This document shows positions 20,789 to 24,000 of a DNA stretch of 24,000 nucleotides, piece after piece (position 1 is the stretch's first letter; the number at the start of each line of letters is the position of its first letter). The position numbers were made by a program, and so were the translations under genes. Below the pieces are notes generated by a model. The model was not told where the DNA came from and searched no databases. It was given only the letters and a program-made list of their open reading frames with translations. Where the stretch lies: the NCBI RefSeq assembly GCF_002787645.1, contig NZ_CP024827.1, one strand, 5' to 3'. The DNA comes from Escherichia coli (GTDB lineage Bacteria > Pseudomonadota > Gammaproteobacteria > Enterobacterales > Enterobacteriaceae).

Positions 20789-20898
20789 CATCAGTATGTG
20801 AGTGAAGTCACTGACTGGTTACAGCCCGTAGTTTCTGATTTAATGGAACGATTACCTGAGAATGATACAGTAGATATAACTTAAAATATCCAACCATC

Positions 20899-20932
20899 CC
20901 GAATGAGCAAATACAAAAACTCATTTGGGATA
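20899..20932. terminator. Candidate terminator hairpin
   Basis: ATCCCGAATGAG … CTCATTTGGGAT, one mismatch in the stem. Confidence 0.5.
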
Positions 20933-21075
20933 ATAATTAATATAATTATGCTGGCTCATTTCATGCCTGTCAAAAAAAAACAAATTTTGCTCTGTTGTTT
21001 TCTTAACGAAGATATTATGTTAATCGTGAAAATATGATATATATTATTATATAAGAACACATCGTAGAGGTTTTT

Positions 21076-21693
21076 ATGGGGAAATATCAGGAAGAAAAGA
21101 AAACACCCATCATTATGGTGAAAAAACGTCGCACTCTTTTACCCCCTTCCTTATCTGAAAAAACAGGTGTTATCGCACGTTCAGAGACAGAAAAGATGGA
21201 AGAATCAGTCTCTGAGGGGATCAGTTCGCCTGCCGTCGATACTCATACCCCTGATGCTCCTGCCTGTAAGAAAAAAAAGAAAAGACGCCGTTTTCCACGC
21301 CAGCCTCATTGGACTCATGAATTTACTCACGATTGCGTGGAAAAAGTGAAGTCTCTGTTTCCCCATCTTCGCGCAGAAGGCGGAGGATTTCTTCCACTGA
21401 AAATTGGCATAACCAATGATTTTGCCGCATTCCTGACAGAACACCCTGAGACAGAACTGACACTGGATGAATGGTCCTGTGCAATATCCTGCATCACCAC
21501 CCGACAGGTATATCTGCAGCGTACTGCTGTCGCAGGTATCCCTCGTTATGGACTGGATGGACTACCAGCAGGTCAGGTATCAGAATGCGATGCGCTGAAT
21601 GCCAGACGCTGGCTGGCAGTAAGGGAACAACAGAAGCTAAAGATGAAAACCATGCAGGAACAGTCCGCGTCAACCGAAAAAACTGAACGGTAA
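21076..21693 (+). CDS. ProQ/FinO-family RNA chaperone, 205 aa
   Basis: …KKKKKRRRFPRQPHWTHEFTHDCVEKVKSLFPHLRAEGGGFLPLKIGITNDFAAFL…LTLDEWSCAISCITTRQVYLQRTAVAGIPRYGLDGLPAGQVSECDALNAR: FinO/ProQ core pattern with a highly basic preceding linker. Confidence 0.85.
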   Translation: MGKYQEEKKTPIIMVKKRRTLLPPSLSEKTGVIARSETEKMEESVSEGISSPAVDTHTPDAPACKKKKKRRRFPRQPHWTHEFTHDCVEKVKSLFPHLRAEGGGFLPLKIGITNDFAAFLTEHPETELTLDEWSCAISCITTRQVYLQRTAVAGIPRYGLDGLPAGQVSECDALNARRWLAVREQQKLKMKTMQEQSASTEKTER

Positions 21694-21942
21694 TTTCATC
21701 GCGATAACAGCAGGTTACAAACACAATAATATTCATTGTGAAGTATTCCTTTCAGATCAGCTTATATGTTTTTTGCAGGCTGCTGGTAGAACAGTTGCTT
21801 TTACTTGTGGTCAGTAAGCAGAGATATTCCGACATGGGCATTCTTCAGGCTATAGCCTTACAGGATCAATCACCACCTCCCTAGGAGGTGGTTTAGGGAT
21901 AACAATAAAAGGGCTACACCGTTAGAACCGCGCCGTAAGACT

Positions 21943-21976
21943 GAAGGGATTTTCATATTGACGCAAAAATCCCTTC
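21943..21976 (-). terminator. Candidate terminator downstream of permease gene
   Basis: GAAGGGATTTT … AAAAATCCCTTC inverted repeat just after the minus-strand stop at 21986. Confidence 0.55.
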
Positions 21977-21985
21977 TCATAAGGA

Positions 21986-23065
21986 TTAAAACAAAAATTG
22001 CGTTAAATATCCCATAAGGATTGCCATACCTAAGATAACCGTCAGAAATGCGATTATCATGGGCATTCTGAACATTGATTTAAGCAATATTACTTCTGTC
22101 AGACTCGCTCCAGCACTACCGATTATCAAGGCCATTAAAGCTCCGAGGCCCATACCTTTAGTCATCAGAACTGATGCAAGTGGTATTACGGCCTCAGCAC
22201 GAATATACAGCGGAATACCAACAACAGCACTGAGCGGTATGGCTAATGGATTATCTGCACCGGCATGAGCTGCAATCCACTCTGAAGGGATAAAACCATA
22301 AATAAATGAACCTATTAATATAGCTAACAAAAGATAAGGCAGAACATCCTTAAACTGTTGTAAGGCATCTTTCATTGCTAATTTTATTAGACCAGAGGTG
22401 GCATTCATTGTGAGATTTCTGTTGCCCTGACTCTCGCTGCTGCAACAACTTTCAGAAGATTTTTCTGATAGAATTGAGGGACAACACGCCGATATATTTT
22501 GCTCTTTCTTTACTGTCTTTAAGTTAATTATGGTTTTTGCTGATGAAGTACAGCAATTCGTTTTTACCGAAGCTTCAGAATCACCGCACTTGGTGGCGCA
22601 ACTACCTGATACTGAATTTTTGTATTCAACAATATGACGTTCAAACCCTAAATAATCCAGTATAATACTGGAAAGAACTGAAACACCGGCAGCGATGATC
22701 GCATACAGCAAAGTTACTTTCCAGCCAAAGGTAACCCACATTAGTCCCACGATAATGGGATTAAGCAACGGTGAAACAAACAAAAAAGTGAGTGTCGGAC
22801 CAAACCCCGCTTTCGCAGACAACAATCCTCGCAACATTGGAATTGTTGAGCAACTACAGAAAGGGGTAACGGCTCCCAGCAACGAGGCCAACAGATACCC
22901 CTTACCTTTTCTCGCCCCCATCATCTGCTGAATTTTATGATCCGGGACTTTTTGCCTTATCAGGCTCACACCGGCACTAATGACAATAAACAGCAATGAA
23001 AGCTCAACAGCCAGAAAAACAAACATCTCTGCGGCATCTTGCAACATAGGAATCCAACTATTCAT
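21986..23065 (-). CDS. Permease of YraQ/ArsP-like (DUF318) family with Cys-rich central loop, 359 aa
   Basis: TPFCSCSTIPMLRGLLSAKAGFGPTLTFLFVSPLLNPIIV… and second half IPLYIRAEAVIPLASVLMTKGMGLGALMALIIGSAGASLTEVILLKSMF; adjacent ArsR-type regulator and arsH. Confidence 0.85.
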   Translation of the reverse strand: MNSWIPMLQDAAEMFVFLAVELSLLFIVISAGVSLIRQKVPDHKIQQMMGARKGKGYLLASLLGAVTPFCSCSTIPMLRGLLSAKAGFGPTLTFLFVSPLLNPIIVGLMWVTFGWKVTLLYAIIAAGVSVLSSIILDYLGFERHIVEYKNSVSGSCATKCGDSEASVKTNCCTSSAKTIINLKTVKKEQNISACCPSILSEKSSESCCSSESQGNRNLTMNATSGLIKLAMKDALQQFKDVLPYLLLAILIGSFIYGFIPSEWIAAHAGADNPLAIPLSAVVGIPLYIRAEAVIPLASVLMTKGMGLGALMALIIGSAGASLTEVILLKSMFRMPMIIAFLTVILGMAILMGYLTQFLF

Positions 23066-23087
23066 ACTAAACCTCTTGACAGAATCT

Positions 23088-23103
23088 ATTATTCTAGAAT
23101 AAT
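23088..23103. promoter_or_regulatory. Candidate ArsR-family operator palindrome in divergent promoter region
   Basis: ATTATTCTAGAATAAT perfect palindrome. Confidence 0.5.
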
Positions 23104-23169
23104 CGAAATATAATTATAGTCAAGATATTTCTGGTATTATCGAAATATCATCAGGCAGAGGGTTGTCAC

Positions 23170-23493
23170 ATGCAACTGGAAGAAGTAGCTAAAGCTCTAA
23201 AAGAACTGGGTCACCCGACCCGTTTGTTCATATTCAAACATCTTGTAAAAGCTGGAGAACAAGGTTTACCTGTAGGTGAATTGCAAAAGCAGCTTGGCAT
23301 TCCTTCATCAACGTTAAGTCATCATATTTCAGCCCTGGTATCAGTAGGACTCGTCACACAAAACCGGGAGAGTCGAACGCTCATGTGCGTCTCTCAATAT
23401 GAAATACTGGAAGCTATCATCGAATTCTTACGTGAAGAGTGCTGTGTAAACAGTAAAACAGATGTTGCGGAACCCGCTGGCAAAAATGGGTAA
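23170..23493 (+). CDS. ArsR/SmtB-family transcriptional regulator, 107 aa
   Basis: MQLEEVAKALKELGHPTRLFIFKHLVKAGEQGLPVGELQKQLGIPSSTLSHHISALVSVGLVTQNRESRTLMCVSQYE… winged HTH of the ArsR family. Confidence 0.93.
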   Translation: MQLEEVAKALKELGHPTRLFIFKHLVKAGEQGLPVGELQKQLGIPSSTLSHHISALVSVGLVTQNRESRTLMCVSQYEILEAIIEFLREECCVNSKTDVAEPAGKNG

Positions 23494-23653
23494 GTAACCG
23501 GAAAACTCATAACTGTCATGATTGACGAATGCTGTATCTACCCGTGCGAAGCACACCTAATTAAGCCAAGAATATATAGAGAAAATCATAAAAATTAATA
23601 GGTTAAATAATATAGTTCCTGATTTATCTGATACTGCAATAACTGAGCAAAAA

Positions 23654-24000
23654 ATGGGGATACCGGCAATATCTCACCCACCTCGTATTCTAATGCTTTA
23701 TGGCTCAGTTCGTGAGCGCTCATACAGTCGACTGGCGACAGAGGAAGCAGGCCGTTTGTTAACTGCAATGGGCGCAGACGTCCGCATTTTTAATCCATCT
23801 GGCCTTCCACTTCCTGATGATGCACCGGAATCACATCCAAAAGTTATGGAGTTGCGTGAACTGGTTCGCTGGTCTGAAGGAATGGTGTGGTGCTCTCCGG
23901 AACGACATGGAGCGATGACTGGTATTATGAAGGCACAAATTGACTGGATACCATTATCTGAAGGTGCTGTTCGTGGCACTGTTGCAAAGTTAGCGATGAG
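23654..24000 (+). CDS. arsH: ArsH NADPH-dependent FMN reductase, 5' part, runs off the window
   Basis: [108 protein letters not shown]…; possible non-ATG start further upstream in the same open frame. Confidence 0.9.
   Translation, partial: MGIPAISHPPRILMLYGSVRERSYSRLATEEAGRLLTAMGADVRIFNPSGLPLPDDAPESHPKVMELRELVRWSEGMVWCSPERHGAMTGIMKAQIDWIPLSEGAVRGTVAKLAM

Noticed and set aside
23698-23979. 93-aa minus-strand ORF at the right edge
   Set aside because: Antisense to arsH, whose conserved motifs ([28 protein letters not shown]) are clear on the plus strand.

Overview
The window reads as accessory DNA from an enterobacterial IncF/ColV-ColBM-like plasmid. That assignment comes from recognised gene content; no database was searched. 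Left part (1-5.6 kb): a bacteriocin graveyard. It holds a mig-14-like gene truncated at its 5' end, a 768-bp IS1 with no target duplication, a microcin V precursor gene (cvaC) truncated at its 3' end with intact cvi, the 3' remnant of the colicin B gene with intact cbi, and intact cma/cmi. Then come a ResD-like tyrosine recombinase and unknown genes. The central 8.1-20.9 kb looks like a multi-locus candidate defence/conflict island: (i) a ribbon-helix-helix-like protein plus a KAP-family P-loop NTPase split by a 1954-bp IS100-type element (5-bp duplication CCTGA; the exact excision restores a ~741 aa frame); (ii) a CAP12/PCTIR-type TIR protein with a small overlapping partner gene; (iii) a VagCD/VapBC-type toxin-antitoxin pair behind a striking array of ACATATGC repeats at 17-bp spacing plus a perfect 19-bp palindrome; (iv) a 712 aa RloC/PrrC-like (AAA_13-type) ATPase; (v) an 85/196 aa gene pair; (vi) an OLD/PARIS-like ATPase-TOPRIM protein with an in-frame TGA 31 codons before the next stop. 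The right end carries a ProQ/FinO-family RNA chaperone and an arsenic-type cluster: permease with Cys-rich loop, divergent ArsR-family regulator, 5' part of arsH. No CRISPR, tRNA, rRNA or retron was seen.
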